From Octopus bimaculoides (lineage: Eukaryota), in the NCBI RefSeq assembly GCF_001194135.2, contig NC_068982.1, positions 7,534,755 to 7,598,754 of the forward strand: 64,000 nucleotides of DNA, written 5' to 3'. Positions within the stretch are counted from its first letter, which is position 1. The number at the start of each line of letters is the position of its first letter. The notes under the pieces were generated by a model that saw only the letters and a program-made list of their open reading frames with translations, had not been told where the DNA came from and ran no database searches. Positions 11,216 through 23,870 of this stretch are shown here, in pieces. Made by a program: the position numbers and the translations under genes.

Positions 11216-13179
11216 CAAGATGTCGTAGCTAGGACACCATATGATGAGATCCGTTGGAAGGATAATCCCGAGGACAAGGAAATAAGAACCCACAGAATAG
11301 GGGAAAACATAACCACTCATAATTAAAAGGAATGTCCCAGTGAAGACCTCAATGAAATGTAAACACTAAACACAATAGACCTGATATAATGGTCTGAGAT
11401 AGAGAAGAAGAAGTGTACTCGGATGTTAGTATAAAGCTGAAGATCAGTGAAAAAAAGTACACTACACTGAACTACTGAGAAATCTAGAGTTACGCTATGC
11501 AGATTACAAGTTCAGGTTTATATTTGTAATTGTTGGGGCCCTGGGATATGTAACACACTGGGATATGTAACAGCTAAAGGAGCCTCGAAACTCAAAATTT
11601 CGATGTCTGTTTGCAACAGTTCAGTATATCACATTTTTGTTCTAAAAATAATTTGCCCCGAATCAGGATACAATACTTCCCATATAAAAATTACGGGCAC
11701 TCCATAGAATGGTGTTAGAACCTATGTCTGTATGGGATTTTATTAGTAAGATAGCCGCCTGATTTCGGAGAGGTTTGAACCAGCTTCTTTTAATTGCTGC
11801 ACATTTTGCATAGATTCGTTGAGAACAAATTCTCAAAGGATTCTGGTGCTCGTTTTGAGTCTCTTTTCTGTTGTTCCTACGTAAGTTCATGTAAGGGTTT
11901 TTATTTTTATTACAGCGCTAGTACCGACTTGAACATTATGTTCATATATTACTGCTTTGATCGAAATATTACCATGAAGGAGGTGGTTACTAGAGTTTAT
12001 ACAGTTACACTTAGTTCCCTTTTTGATTTGGCTTCAGCGAGTCCTCTCACATTATGTTGCTTAATCTACCTGTTGCTAACAACTAACTGTTGTAAATACC
12101 ATAATAGTTATGCCCACCTGGGAAAACAACCTTGATTCTAAATTTGAGAATTCCCTAGCTATATTAGTTTTGAAATTCGTAGTAAATATTGGATTGAACT
12201 ACAAATTCTTCCTGGAAATAATCCTGCGTGTTATCCTGGGGCTATTTTCATTGCTAACATAACAGGTCTGCTCAGAGAAATCTCTAGGTTGACACTTATA
12301 AACAGGAGATTCGCTTATTTCGCTTATCTATATTGCAAAATATATTCTTAAGGATACAAGGCGTACGGATTTTCTTTGCATGCCGTACGAAATGACAATT
12401 ATCGTTAAAGGCCCTTTGTAAGTTATCGTATGCTTAGGGGGTTTTCAGTTTCCTTATCAAACTAAAGAGTTCTCTCCAAATGTTTCTTGATCTTTAATAG
12501 CTGGTGGGACATTCCTTGATTTAAATCCGTGTTTATTTTCCGTGCTATTATGCAGCCATTCTCTTCGTCAATGAAATATACTCTTTCAGCACCTGATTCT
12601 GCATATGAAATCTTTGGTTTTCTCAGACATGTTCTTTAAATATTGATTAGTCCTCCGTTGGATAGAAATATTCTTAATTGAAAATTCAGTGTGTATGATT
12701 CCATTTTCCATTTGCTTTTTCTTCTTCATGTAAATAGTGCTCTAACATAAAAGAAGAAGCTCATGAAAACTTGTCAGTACACTGGTTCAAAAAGGCGGAG
12801 AAAATGGTATTCTGACATTATACAGCTTTCTGCTGGAGCTGAAAATCTTCACAAATTCGTACTCTGAGGCTCATCTAACCGCTCATCAGACAGACATGAA
12901 CATTTATAAATCGTTTGACATCGACTTTTTCTCATTCTAAATCTTTATAATGTTCATCAAAGGTCAGTTGCGTTGTCTAACGGATTCATCAAATTTTCAA
13001 AAGTTAAAATTCTGTCCAATTAGCTCTAAATGCTTATTCGATGATTTAACATTTTTATTTTACGTTCGTACGGTTTCTTTCAGAACATTTAAATCAATAC
13101 TTTGATATGCGACAATAAATATTTAGTTGGAGAGAGTTATTTACGTAGATGCCTTTGCAAAGATAATAAGCTTTATATC

Positions 13180-13260
13180 TATATAATGGTCGAGAGCACC
13201 GCGACGCGTAATCACGGAGGTGTGAGTTCGAGTCTCATAGCTGGCCACCCACACTTTTTT
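13180..13260 (+). pseudogene. Degenerate tRNA-like sequence (Thr-CGT-like pseudogene or SINE head)
   Basis: T-arm GTGAG-TTCGAGT-CTCAT (13222-13238), anticodon arm with CGT, D-arm remnant, T6 at 13255-13260. The 5' acceptor strand does not pair. Confidence 0.45.
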
Positions 13261-14189
13261 CAGCAAAATAGGGGTAGTTTATCCTGTTCAGGCTATATTA
13301 TTAGCATTATCCTGCGTTTGAGAATTTAAAATCACTTCTTTAACTTTCTAAGACATATCAACGCTTCTAAAAGCAAACTTGGTTTGTTTGTTTCGTTTAT
13401 CGTAAATTGAATATATCTATATATATATAATCAGCAGTCTGGTACTTACTTTCGGAGTATTTAAACCCAACAATTGTTTGAGATTTAGTAAATTTCCTTT
13501 GAGATATTCCACTTTACAACACTCCATAAAGAAAGAAAACTTTACAACTAACGTAAAAGAAGCTCATCATACCGACATCACTCTATACAGATATTATGAC
13601 GTCAGATTTCATTAAATGGATAATCATTTGAGAATTGACGGTGCCAAGGAAGAACACAAACAAGTGTCTCATGAGGGAAACACTGGTTCATAACAAGAGC
13701 CGGTAGAGGTGTGCAGAAACCAAGAATTCAAGTCAAGAAAGTTTATGGAGCGATCATTCTATAAAGCTCTGACTGGGCTTCAATAGTTTGATGTTTTAAG
13801 GAGCTGAGAGGAAGTAATATATGCTGTCACCGACGTCGCTTAGAAAACAACACGATTTTCTTTGAATAAAAAGGGAAAACCGGTTGTTCGTTACACCTGA
13901 AATGCGAGCTTGGACTTGATCGACTGGGATTGAGACAAATACACGCAGCGAGATGAAAATTGGAACTTTATTGTGGTGAAGCTAACTTCTTTGCCATTCG
14001 AATTATATATACCAGAGTAAGCACATGAATATGAAACAAGGAGGGAAAAATAGTACTCGAATACAAGAGGTAGAGTAATAGATATATACTTCACTAAATT
14101 AAAAAAAGGGCATTAATCAGTACCAGTATTGTTAGAGATAAATGTCAAAACAACTCAATAGCCACAGAAGCACTATCTTATTCAGCTGA

Positions 14190-14503
14190 CACGACTTATT
14201 TTAACTCTTATTTCTAGCAATACTGTTCTCTTTTGCCAAACCGCTAAGTTATGGGGACGTGAACACACCAACACCGATCGTCAAGCGATGTTGGGAGGAC
14301 AAACACAGAAATATACACATATACATATATATTTATACGACGGGCTTCTTTCAGTTTCCGCCTACCAAATCCACTCACAAGGCTTTGGTCGGGCCGAGGC
14401 TATAGTAGAGGACATTTGTCCAAAGTGCCACGCAGTGAGACTGAACCCGAAACCATGGGGTTGGGACGCAAGTCTTCTTACCACACAGCCACACCTGCAC
14501 CTA
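14190..14503 (-). mobile_element. SINE family B, well preserved 5' two-thirds
   Basis: cgacgggcttctttcagtttccgcctaccaaatccactcacaaggctttggtcgggccgaggctatagtag...ccacacagccacacctgcaccta. Confidence 0.9.
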
Positions 14504-15772
14504 TATATATACGACTGAAGCCGGTACTGAAATGATTTTTTTTATTATTTTGGCATCTTCTACCGTGACTTTTATCTTTATATATATATCAACTCGTGTG
14601 TTCCTTTTCAACCTTCTGCATATATATATATATATACATATATATATNNNNNNNNNNNNNNNNNNNNNNNNNNNNNNNNNNNNNNNNNNNNNNNNNNNNN
14701 NNNNNNNNNNNNNNNNNNNNNNNNNNNNNNNNNNNNNNNNNNNNNNNNNNNNNNNNNNNNNNNNNNNNNNNNNNNNNNNNNNNNNNNNNNNNNNNNNNNN
14801 NNNNAGAATGATCATTTATGTATGTGTGCGTGTGTGTTTATACATAATCGTTTCACATGATTAAAAACGTGTAACCGGTTTACATGTGAGTAGCGTTTAT
14901 AAGTTCAAAGACGATTAGAAAATATTCATAAATTTTGAATAAATTTGCACAGCAACAATCATGAAGCCATATCACATTACTGTCTTATTATTGCAATAAA
15001 TATATTAGATACTGTTTGTCCTGTAATTACATTAATCAATACAGATTAAATTTGAAGAGAAATAATTTGAAGCGAAAATGTCGGGACAACAATTTTTCTT
15101 GTATTTTTAGCTGCATTTATCGAACTTTACAGATAACACATATATATGGTGAGCATTATATGTTGTCACCTGTGTGCGTTTGTTTCGGTATTTGTTACTG
15201 ATTTCAGCTTGTTCGTTTATTTGATTTCGTTATAGTTATTGGCAAATTGCCAAATTTGTAGACAAAATTATAACTTCTGTCATCTTAGCACACGTGACTT
15301 TTCAGTTTTATTCAGTTAAATACCTGACAACCAAGCTTTTGGAAACTCAATTTCAACTTCGCCGTAACATGACTCTCTTTATGGGATATAGTTCAGCTAC
15401 CGGAAAATCCAGACATTATTTATAATTCAGGTTTGTTGATTCGTATATAATTTTAGCTGGTTGACAGCTTGCATTGGAGATATACTTCCATATTGATATC
15501 TGCGTTAAATCTGTGTAGTTACGTAAAAATAAAGCAAATGAACTCTCAGTGGAAGTTACTAGTAATACAACATGTGAGATAAATAGTTCAGAAAAACTAA
15601 GCTATCCTATCAACAACTCATGTCGAATATAGATGTATTTAATATTTGAACGTAATTAAAGATTGACATTTTATAGTTCTTCAATCTTCTTGTATTTCTG
15701 TCAGTGACCGATAAAATTGTGAATCTAAATATGCAATATATTATGAGAATTCGATATTTGGCATTTGTCTAA

Positions 15773-15990
15773 GGCGGCGAGCTGGCAGAATCGTTACCAC
15801 GCGGAACAAACTGTTAAGCGGTATTTCGTCCGTCTTTTCATTCCGAATTCGAATTCCGCCGAGGTTGTCCTTGCCTTTCATCCTTTCGGGGTCGTTAAAA
15901 TAAGTACCAGTTGAACACTGGAATCGATGTAATCGACTGACCGCTTCTCCTGAAATTGCTGGCCTTGTACCAAAATTTAAAACCGATATT
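15773..15990 (+). mobile_element. SINE family A, subfamily A2 tail, full length
   Basis: Head ggcggcgagctggcagaa, shared core, tail gaaattgctggccttgtaccaaaattt. Confidence 0.9.
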
Positions 15991-16560
15991 TGATATCTGT
16001 CTAGCAAACTTGCTCCAATGTTATGCACACTAGTCTGTTTACATCCAACAGATCGATAGGAAGCGTTCACATCGCTCTTCTCAACTTTTCCGTCTCCACA
16101 AAACTTGTGTGTAGGAATTCATAACCATTTATAGATTTCTATACATTCATATTCCATAGGCAAAGTCTGGTATCAGATGACCAAAAAATTTCTACTCGAG
16201 GTTTTATAATTTTTAGTTGTTTTTGTTTATTCATTTATCGATATTAAATAAAGCCATTGGCTGCAGATGAGAATCGTATCAAGTAATCTTGTTGCGAAGA
16301 TTTAAAGTCAAGTAGAAACCCACATAATCCTTGCCGTTTTTACTGACGCTGCGACTCGCATTTATAAATGTTCATATGCTGTTTTCTTTATTTACTGTTA
16401 CTTCGAGATGGATGATACAAGGTTAAATGTTTTAGCTGCAAACACAATATACAACTACTGGTTAGGCACCAACCGATTACCGACTTCTTACATGGTTTTC
16501 TGACTTCCCTCTCTTTCTATTATGCGTGTACACCGACACGCGCACCCATATATACATATA

Positions 16561-16650
16561 CAGTAATCCCCTGACTATCGCGGGTGTTACGTTCCAAACC
16601 CACCTCCAGCGATAGTTGAAAATCCGCGAAGTAGAAATAGTACTGTACTG

Positions 16651-16681
<31 letters not shown>

Positions 16682-16816
16682 TTGTTTTTGTTTGCTATTT
16701 TTATAGTTTATATATATTTATTTTATTATAAATGCAAAACAACACTTCGGCGGAACCGACGTAAGCTTAAATAATAAACCGTGATAGGTGAACCGCGATA
16801 TGGCGAGGAGTTACTG
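16561..16816. mobile_element. Tigger/pogo-type MITE
   Basis: Imperfect TIRs cagtaatcccctgactatcgcgg and ccgcgatatggcgaggagttactg, with TA on both sides (16559-16560, 16817-16818). Confidence 0.85.
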
Positions 16817-17550
16817 TATACAGACAGACAGACAGTCAGACAGGCAGGTTGGTAGGTAGGTAGGTATACATACATGCATACATAAATGCGTATACTCTTG
16901 CCCACATACACTCATACATACGCCTGCCTGTGTAAGTGTGTGTATGTGAGCTCGTTTCTTTATTAATTTTCTTAAACTACTTAACAATTATTTAAGAAGT
17001 TTCATTGGTTTAAATTTCAATAGTTCCAAACCCCTTTTATTCTATTTTAAGTACCATATCATTTATCGCATTTGGCAACACTAAATCAGTCTTATTTTCT
17101 TTTTAACTTATACGCAATTCAGCTTCTTATCTTGCTGCAAACCTTTCCGAAGATAAAACTAAATAAATTAGTCCTATAGAATGGATTTTATCAGAGGAAA
17201 GGGAATTAACATTCTATTGAATGGACGTTGCTATCAGCTGAAAACTTGGCATTATACTGAAGACAAGTGATAAGGTCGCATCAACGTTAACAGAAGTTTA
17301 TGGGGGAAATGCCTCTAATTTAGTTAATTTTAACTTCGTGTAAATTTACAGTGGAATAGTAAACTAAAATGTATTTATCTTGAAAAGAAAACAATCTCGT
17401 CCTAGAGTTGCTCAATGCGATTAATAAAATATCATATAAACAACGATAAAAAATATACATTTAGGTTATTAAGAATTTAAACAACTGAAGCGCCTTCAGT
17501 TGTTCTTAAAAACACAAAAGAAAATATATAAATTTAAATGCCATCTTATG

Positions 17551-17593
<43 letters not shown>

Positions 17594-17619
17594 TTATATA
17601 GAAGTTGACTTAAAATTTG

Positions 17620-18400
17620 TGCATCAGGCATTTACCCTCCATGTGTATACGGTTGTCCATTAGGGCTTGTTCTGCTGCCTAACAAAAGTATAAAGGAACA
17701 ATAGTGTTCTAAGACAACTAAACGTACAATCATCGACAGCAAGAAAATTTCCATCCCCCAAAATTGATGTATCATAGTGAGTTATTCAAACAAATGATAG
17801 CACGTATAGTTGACACTTAAAGAGCGGCTAATAACTTTTAAGGCCTTCACAAGTTTCCCAACAAGAAATAGGGGACAGAATGTTGGGTTTTAACCAGGAT
17901 GCTCATTTCATCTACAGAGCAAACCCTCAAGAGAAGCCATACAGACAACCAAAAACCAATGGAGAGGAAGGAAACCTGAAGCAGAATTCCTCCCAACACA
18001 CCTCAGATCTCCCGTAAATTTCGGCACCACCTACACCTTATTAGGCACAAAGACACCAGCAATTCTGTTGCCTTCCGATGGTGTCTACGTTCAACGATTC
18101 CTAGATTCTCTAACACTGACGTAGAACACGCAGCCCGGAATAAAACAGCATATTGTATTTGAAGTACGGGGTTGACTCACTTGTGGTTACTAGTTCCAGA
18201 GAAAAAGAAAAGAAGTTACAGGCGCCCTTTAACAGCCTCCACGAAAGTATCAATTTCGACATCGGTTGTACTGCACTGGGTGACTCCTTAACTTTTCTAA
18301 AGTTCATTGTGTCCTTTACTACAGAAGCCGTGATTCAGCTCATCGAGAAGGTGACGAAGAAGAAAATCTTTTCCTTGCTGGATGCCCTTTATTCTTAAAG
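17620..18400 (+). mobile_element. Highly degraded Penelope-like reverse transcriptase remnant
   Basis: YLKYGVDSLVV...FNSLHESINFD...SLTFLKF resembles the RYVDD..LN.LH.SI.FT...LPFLD pattern. Upstream fragments carry stops. Confidence 0.45.
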
Positions 18401-19355
18401 ATGAAGACAACGTACAAAGAAATAATCCACCTGTTGCATGGACAAGTGCGACGCCAGCAGACACCAAACTAGAGCAGTTTGGTTTTCGTTTTACAGTTGT
18501 TACTCATGAAACGCTGAGAAGTGGAAATATTCGGAACATAAGCCAGGAAGATTGAATTACTATCTTGTCTCTTTCATCTTAACCTCTTCGATTTAATTTC
18601 TTTGGATTTCTGTGTTTTGAACATTGAACATTCTGTAGAAANNNNNNNNNNNNNNNNNNNNNNNNNNNNNNNNNNNNNNNNNNNNNNNNNNNNNNNNNNN
18701 NNNNNNNNNNNNNNNNNNNNNNNNNNNNNNNNNNNNNNNNNNNNNNNNNNNNNNNNNNNNNNNNNNNNNNNNNNNNNNNNNNNNNNNNNNNNNNNNNNNN
18801 NNNNNNNNNNNNNNNNNNNNNNNNNNNNNNNNNNNNNNNNNNNNNNNNNNNNNNNNNNNNNNNNNNNNNNNNNNNNNNNNNNNNNNNNNNNNNNNNNNNN
18901 NNNNNNNNNNNNNNNNNNNNNNNNNNNNNNNNNNNNNNNNNNNNNNNNNNNNNNNNNNNNNNNNNNNNNNNNNNNNNNNNNNNNNNNNNNNNNNNNNNNN
19001 NNNNNNNNNNNNNNNNNNNNNNNNNNNNNNNNNNNNNNNNNNNNNNNNNNNNNNNNNNNNNNNNNNNNNNNNNNNNNNNNNNNNNNNNNNNNNNNNNNNN
19101 NNNNNNNNNNNNNNNNNNNNNNNNNNNNNNNNNNNNNNNNNNNNNNNNNNNNNNNNNNNNNNNNNNNNNNNNNNNNNNNNNNNNNNNNNNNNNNNNNNNN
19201 NNNNNNNNNNNNNNNNNNNNNNNNNNNNNNNNNNNNNNNNNNNNNNNNNNNNNNNNNNNNNNNNNNNNNNNNNNNNNNNNNNNNNNNNNNNNNNNNNNNN
19301 NNNNNNNNNNNNNNNNNNNNNNNNNNNNNNNNNNNNNNNNNNNNNNNNNNNNNNN

Positions 19356-19386
<31 letters not shown>

Positions 19387-20186
19387 ATTTTATAGTTATA
19401 TGTATTTGGCGTGTGTGCGATTGTGCGTGCGCATGCGTGCGCGCGCGTGCAAGGCCAATGAACATAAAAAAAGAACGCAGATAGAACAAAGTTTGATGAA
19501 TAAAGTATTAGGTTAACGCTTGACTGGAGTGTTTTAATATTTCGTATGGTAACCCTCCATCAGAAAAACAAAATAAGCATAGGATAAAAAAAAAAGGGAA
19601 GCATCATTTTCATTGAAAAGAAAAAGTGTAAAATTCTGAACAAAAATTAATTACTGAAGGGGGCAAAGGATATAAGAGGAATATGAAAGGTTAGAAAGGA
19701 GGCCGAATGGCGTTCTGTGTGAGCAGTCAGGAAGGATGGAAGTGGATGGGTAGATTCATGCGTCAGTGTTTACGGGAGCGGGCATAATTGGAGATGTGTG
19801 TATGCGTACAGACGTCGTCTGCGAGTGTGGAAGAAAGATGTCGCTTGGTAGTGAGGGTTGAGAGGATGTTGGTGTGTCTGTAATTGTTAAGCAGATAAGT
19901 GTGAATGTGAGCATAAGATGGTGTAGGTGGGTGCGAATGGAGGTGTCAGAAAGCATATGTTATAAATAAATAAATAGATTCAAGTGGGGAATGGAAAACT
20001 TTTTTTTTTTTTTCAGGCCTGCAGCCGTGAATCATGGGGTGAATGGCTGGAAAGATCACGATGCTAACATTCGAACTTGAAACAAAATCTTTCAGATATT
20101 CAAATTACGAAAGGAACAAAAAAAACATGCTAAAAGATGTTAAAAATTTGGGGAAGTAGGTTAATTGTCCAAGAAGGTGAAAGTCC

Positions 20187-20422
20187 TTCTTGGGCGGCGA
20201 GCTGGCAGAAATGTTAGCACGCCGGGCGAAATGCTTCGCGGTTTTTCGTCTGCCATTACGTTCTAAGTTCAAATTCCGCCGTGGTCGACTTTGCCTTTCA
20301 TCCTTTCGGGGTCGATAAACTAAGTACCAATTATGCACTGGGGTTGATGTAATCGACTTAATCCATTTGTCTGTCCTTGTCTGTCCCCTCTATGTTTAGC
20401 CCCTCGTGGGCAATAAAGAAAT
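20187..20422 (+). mobile_element. SINE family A, subfamily A1 tail, full length, 16-bp TSD
   Basis: aagaaggtgaaagtcc at 20171-20186 and 20423-20438. Head, core and tail intact. Confidence 0.95.
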
Positions 20423-20479
20423 AAGAAGGTGAAAGTCCAATGTTAGAAGGTGTGGCTTAGTGGTTAGGATGTCGGAGGA

Positions 20480-20910
20480 GGAGGAGAGGGATAAAGAGGA
20501 AACAGGGGAAGGGATGAAGGGGAAGAGACGAAGAAGTACAAAGAGGAGGGATGACTAGAAAGAGTGGGAGAGGAGGAAGCGGATGACAAAGCGTAGGATG
20601 AAGAAGAGAAGGCGGAGTGAGAGAAGAAGGACGAGGAGAAAAAGTATAAGAGGAGGAGGACGGAGAGGTGAAGAGGGCAAGAAAGAAGAGGTGAAGAAGG
20701 TGGAAGAGGAGGAATAGAAGAAGTAGGAAAAGACGAAGAAAGAGAGAAGAGACAAAGAAAAGGGAGGATGAGAAAGGAGAGTAGAAAAGGAAAGAGGCGA
20801 CGACGGGGAGGAGGAAGGGGAGGTATGGGAAAGGAGGACGAGGAGGTATAGGAAAGGAGGAAGGGGAGGTATGGGAAAGGAGGAAGAGGCGAGGAAGGGC
20901 AAAGTAGAGG
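20480..20910 (+). repeat. Purine-rich GA low-complexity tract with three copies of an about 27-bp unit
   Basis: Almost all A/G. The unit aggtat(g/a)ggaaaggagg repeats three times at about 20820-20890. Confidence 0.9.
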
Positions 20911-20920
20911 ACGGTATATA

Positions 20921-21120
20921 CTCTTTTACTCTTTTACTTGTTTCAGTCATTTGACTGTGGCCATGCTGGAGCACCGTCTTTAGTCGAGCAAATCGACCCC
21001 AGGACTATCGGTCTCTTTTTGCCGAACCGCTAGGTTACGGGGACCTAAACACACCACCATCGGTGGTCAAGCGATGTTGGTGCGACAAACACAGACACAA
21101 ACATATACACACATATACAT
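20921..21120 (-). mobile_element. SINE family B, 3' half
   Basis: ctcttttacttgtttcagtcatttgactgtggccatgctggagcaccg...ccgaaccgctaggttacgggg. Runs into a gap. Confidence 0.9.
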
Positions 21121-22289
21121 ATATATATATACATATATANNNNNNNNNNNNNNNNNNNNNNNNNNNNNNNNNNNNNNNNNNNNNNNNNNNNNNNNNNNNN
21201 NNNNNNNNNNNNNNNNNNNNNNNNNNNNNNNNNNNNNNNNNNNNNNNNNNNNNNNNNNNNNNNNNNNNNNNNNNNNNNNNNNNNNNNNNNNNNNNNNNNN
21301 NNNNNNNNNNNNNNNNNNNNNNNNNNNNNNNNNNNNNNNNNNNNNNNNNNNNNNNNNNNNNNNNNNNNNNNNNNNNNNNNNNNNNNNNNNNNNNNNNNNN
21401 NNNNNNNNNNNNNNNNNNNNNNNNNNNNNNNNNNNNNNNNCATACATACACATACATACTTTTATACAAACATTCATAATACCTACATACATGCATATAT
21501 GCATGTATACATTCGTATATTACAAGTGGAACAGTAAAAATATGCAAGACTTTTCTCAAGTTCCAAATGTGAATTTGTCTGTGTTAACTACATTCCAAAG
21601 CTGGAGCCCTGTATATTTTTTGGAAACCGGCACCCTCCTCAGTGGAATGTTTCTTATAAAAATAGAAGACATATTTATCCGAACTTTCCCCGCTCCAGCA
21701 TCTTTCACTTACTCCAACACAATCGCCATCGACACAAAAGCCAGTATAACCACCAACATTACTAGAGACAAACAGTGGCAACTATACAATTAAATTTAGC
21801 AATATGAGCACCACCATTACGTACCCATAACAATAATATATGCTTAATAGCAATGTCTGTATCTACATATGTTGTATGTTTACACATCAGTGTGTATGAG
21901 TGTACATGCGTGTGAGTGTGTGTGTCTGTGTGTGCACGCATGCGTGTGTGTGTATTGCGTATATAGAGGTATGTGTATGTGCGTTGATTTTGGAGGTTTT
22001 AAGGCTAAAGTTAGAGGGCCAAGGTGTGAAGTACCCAAGAACCATTCGACTACCTGTAACCCTTCAACTAATTGTAATCACCTTTTCACCGTATCATTTT
22101 CATTCATACACCCATAAACATATCACAACTTTTGCTCTTGAAAACAGTTCTTTCCCAGAGCTATAATATTTATGAAATATTTGTTGTGGATAGTTCTTGA
22201 GTTCAGCCCAATTTTGGATTTACCTACAATTTAAAGTGCCCGGACCAAAATCATGAAGTAAAACTTAAAACAATAACGTGAAAAGGAAC

Positions 22290-23870
22290 TGTAAAGTGTA
22301 TAATGCACCAGGTAGTAAACTCGATCTTAAAAAGTGATTCATTCCGCAGAAATACAAAGTCAGGTATATCGCCAAAAAAAAGTTGGAACTTCTACTGTAA
22401 GAACGATACGTGACAATGAATGAAAAAATTAAGTGCTCAACAAGTTATTTGGTTGAGTGATGGGACCTCATTTTTTCACAGATCTTATATGACGCTTATA
22501 ATGGAACGACCCTTAAGAGCATGGATCGAGAAGCAAACTCGTCGCAGTGTGCTGATAATTTAGATAATTTGTATACTGATTCCCAAACAATGGAAAGTGA
22601 AACTTCTAATAAAAACTTTTCCGGCTGGTTTGAAGAGTTTAAGAAGCAATTGAATTTGTACAGAATAACAATGACTAGTGAAGATGCTAATGATGTTACA
22701 AGGGATGTTCTGTTACAAATTTAATTACTGTGAACTGGCGAAAAAATTATTGCTGAAGGGGACCACACACCAAAGCAAATATTCAATGTTTCTAAAACTA
22801 CATTTATTGGAAGTTCATGCCAGCAAGACGTTTTACTTCTCAAGAAAGAAAACCTATACGAGAATTTAAAGCGTTCGAAAATCGTCTGCAACTTCTGGGA
22901 GGAAAATTGTATAGTTGCCACTGTTTTTCTCTAGTAATGTTGGTGGTTATACTGGCTTTTGTGTCGATGGCGATTGTGTTGGAGTAAGTGAAAGATGCTG
23001 GAGCGGGGAAAGTTCGGATAAATACTAAAGTCCGTATTCGTATATCACTCCAAAAATTCAAGAGTTTTCGTGGTTAATGCAAGGTTTCACTTAACTCTAG
23101 TTGATCATTCAAATACGAATTTCAGGATTAATAGGAGCTTCTTTGAAAAATGGTTCAAAAACATTTTTGTCATATTGCAGAAAGGTACAGTGACAAATAT
23201 GATTCCAATAAAGCATTTCTCCTTTTAGACAGTGTACCAATGCATTCAGAGAACTTCAAACAACGTTCTGAATGAGTGTTATTTGAATATATCCGCAAGA
23301 ATACAAATTTTTGATTCCAGCTCTTGGTTCTAAGTGTGATAGCCAACTTTACGGTATATTACCTAAGCTTTCAAACAACTTATGAAAGCAATGAACAGGG
23401 AGGATAAACCTATAGTTTGAGACTCCTCGGAGAAATTCAACAAAATAGTTGTTCTGGCTAACATAACTTTGTAAGTGTTGGAAGAAATATAATACAAGAC
23501 CGTATCCATGACTTTCGAAGATTTCCGCGAGCGGAAAGCTTACAATAAATTTAAAAAGAAACTTGTAAGTGATCTACGATTTGAAGAAGTCGGACAGTAT
23601 GATGTATTTGAGTAGTTAGTGTTTCAAAAAGAGGGATTACCAAACGAGGAGCGGATACTGTTAGAGGAAGACTAAATTAAGAATACAGGTGAGAATACAG
23701 AAATTGCAAGCTCTCCAAAGAAATACTGCAAAGATTATTTGGTAAAAAGATTTTGATAATGACATCCCAATCCTAAACATATCGTGAAAATTACAAGAAT
23801 TTACAGTGAGCTCATCTCCTACTCAAGGATGTTGCGTCATAAACATCAAACAATTTTGGGTAAGTTCACA
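22290..23870 (+). mobile_element. Tigger-like (pogo) transposase pseudogene
   Basis: Fragments GWFEEFKKQLNL, KIIAEGDHTPKQIFNV, WKFMPARRFTS, LKSVFVYHSKNSR and AFLLLDSVPMH occur in Tigger order, with stops and frameshifts. Interrupted at 22905-23024. Confidence 0.85.

Noticed and set aside
11660-12600. Possible degraded LINE RT on the minus strand
   Set aside because: Only vague similarity (NHLLHGNI versus SHLLFMDDL), too decayed to support.
21672-23024. Reading the 120-bp inverted repeats as TIRs of a 1.35-kb transposon
   Set aside because: The Tigger sequence continues collinearly across the right-hand copy and I saw no TSD, which favours a local insertion.
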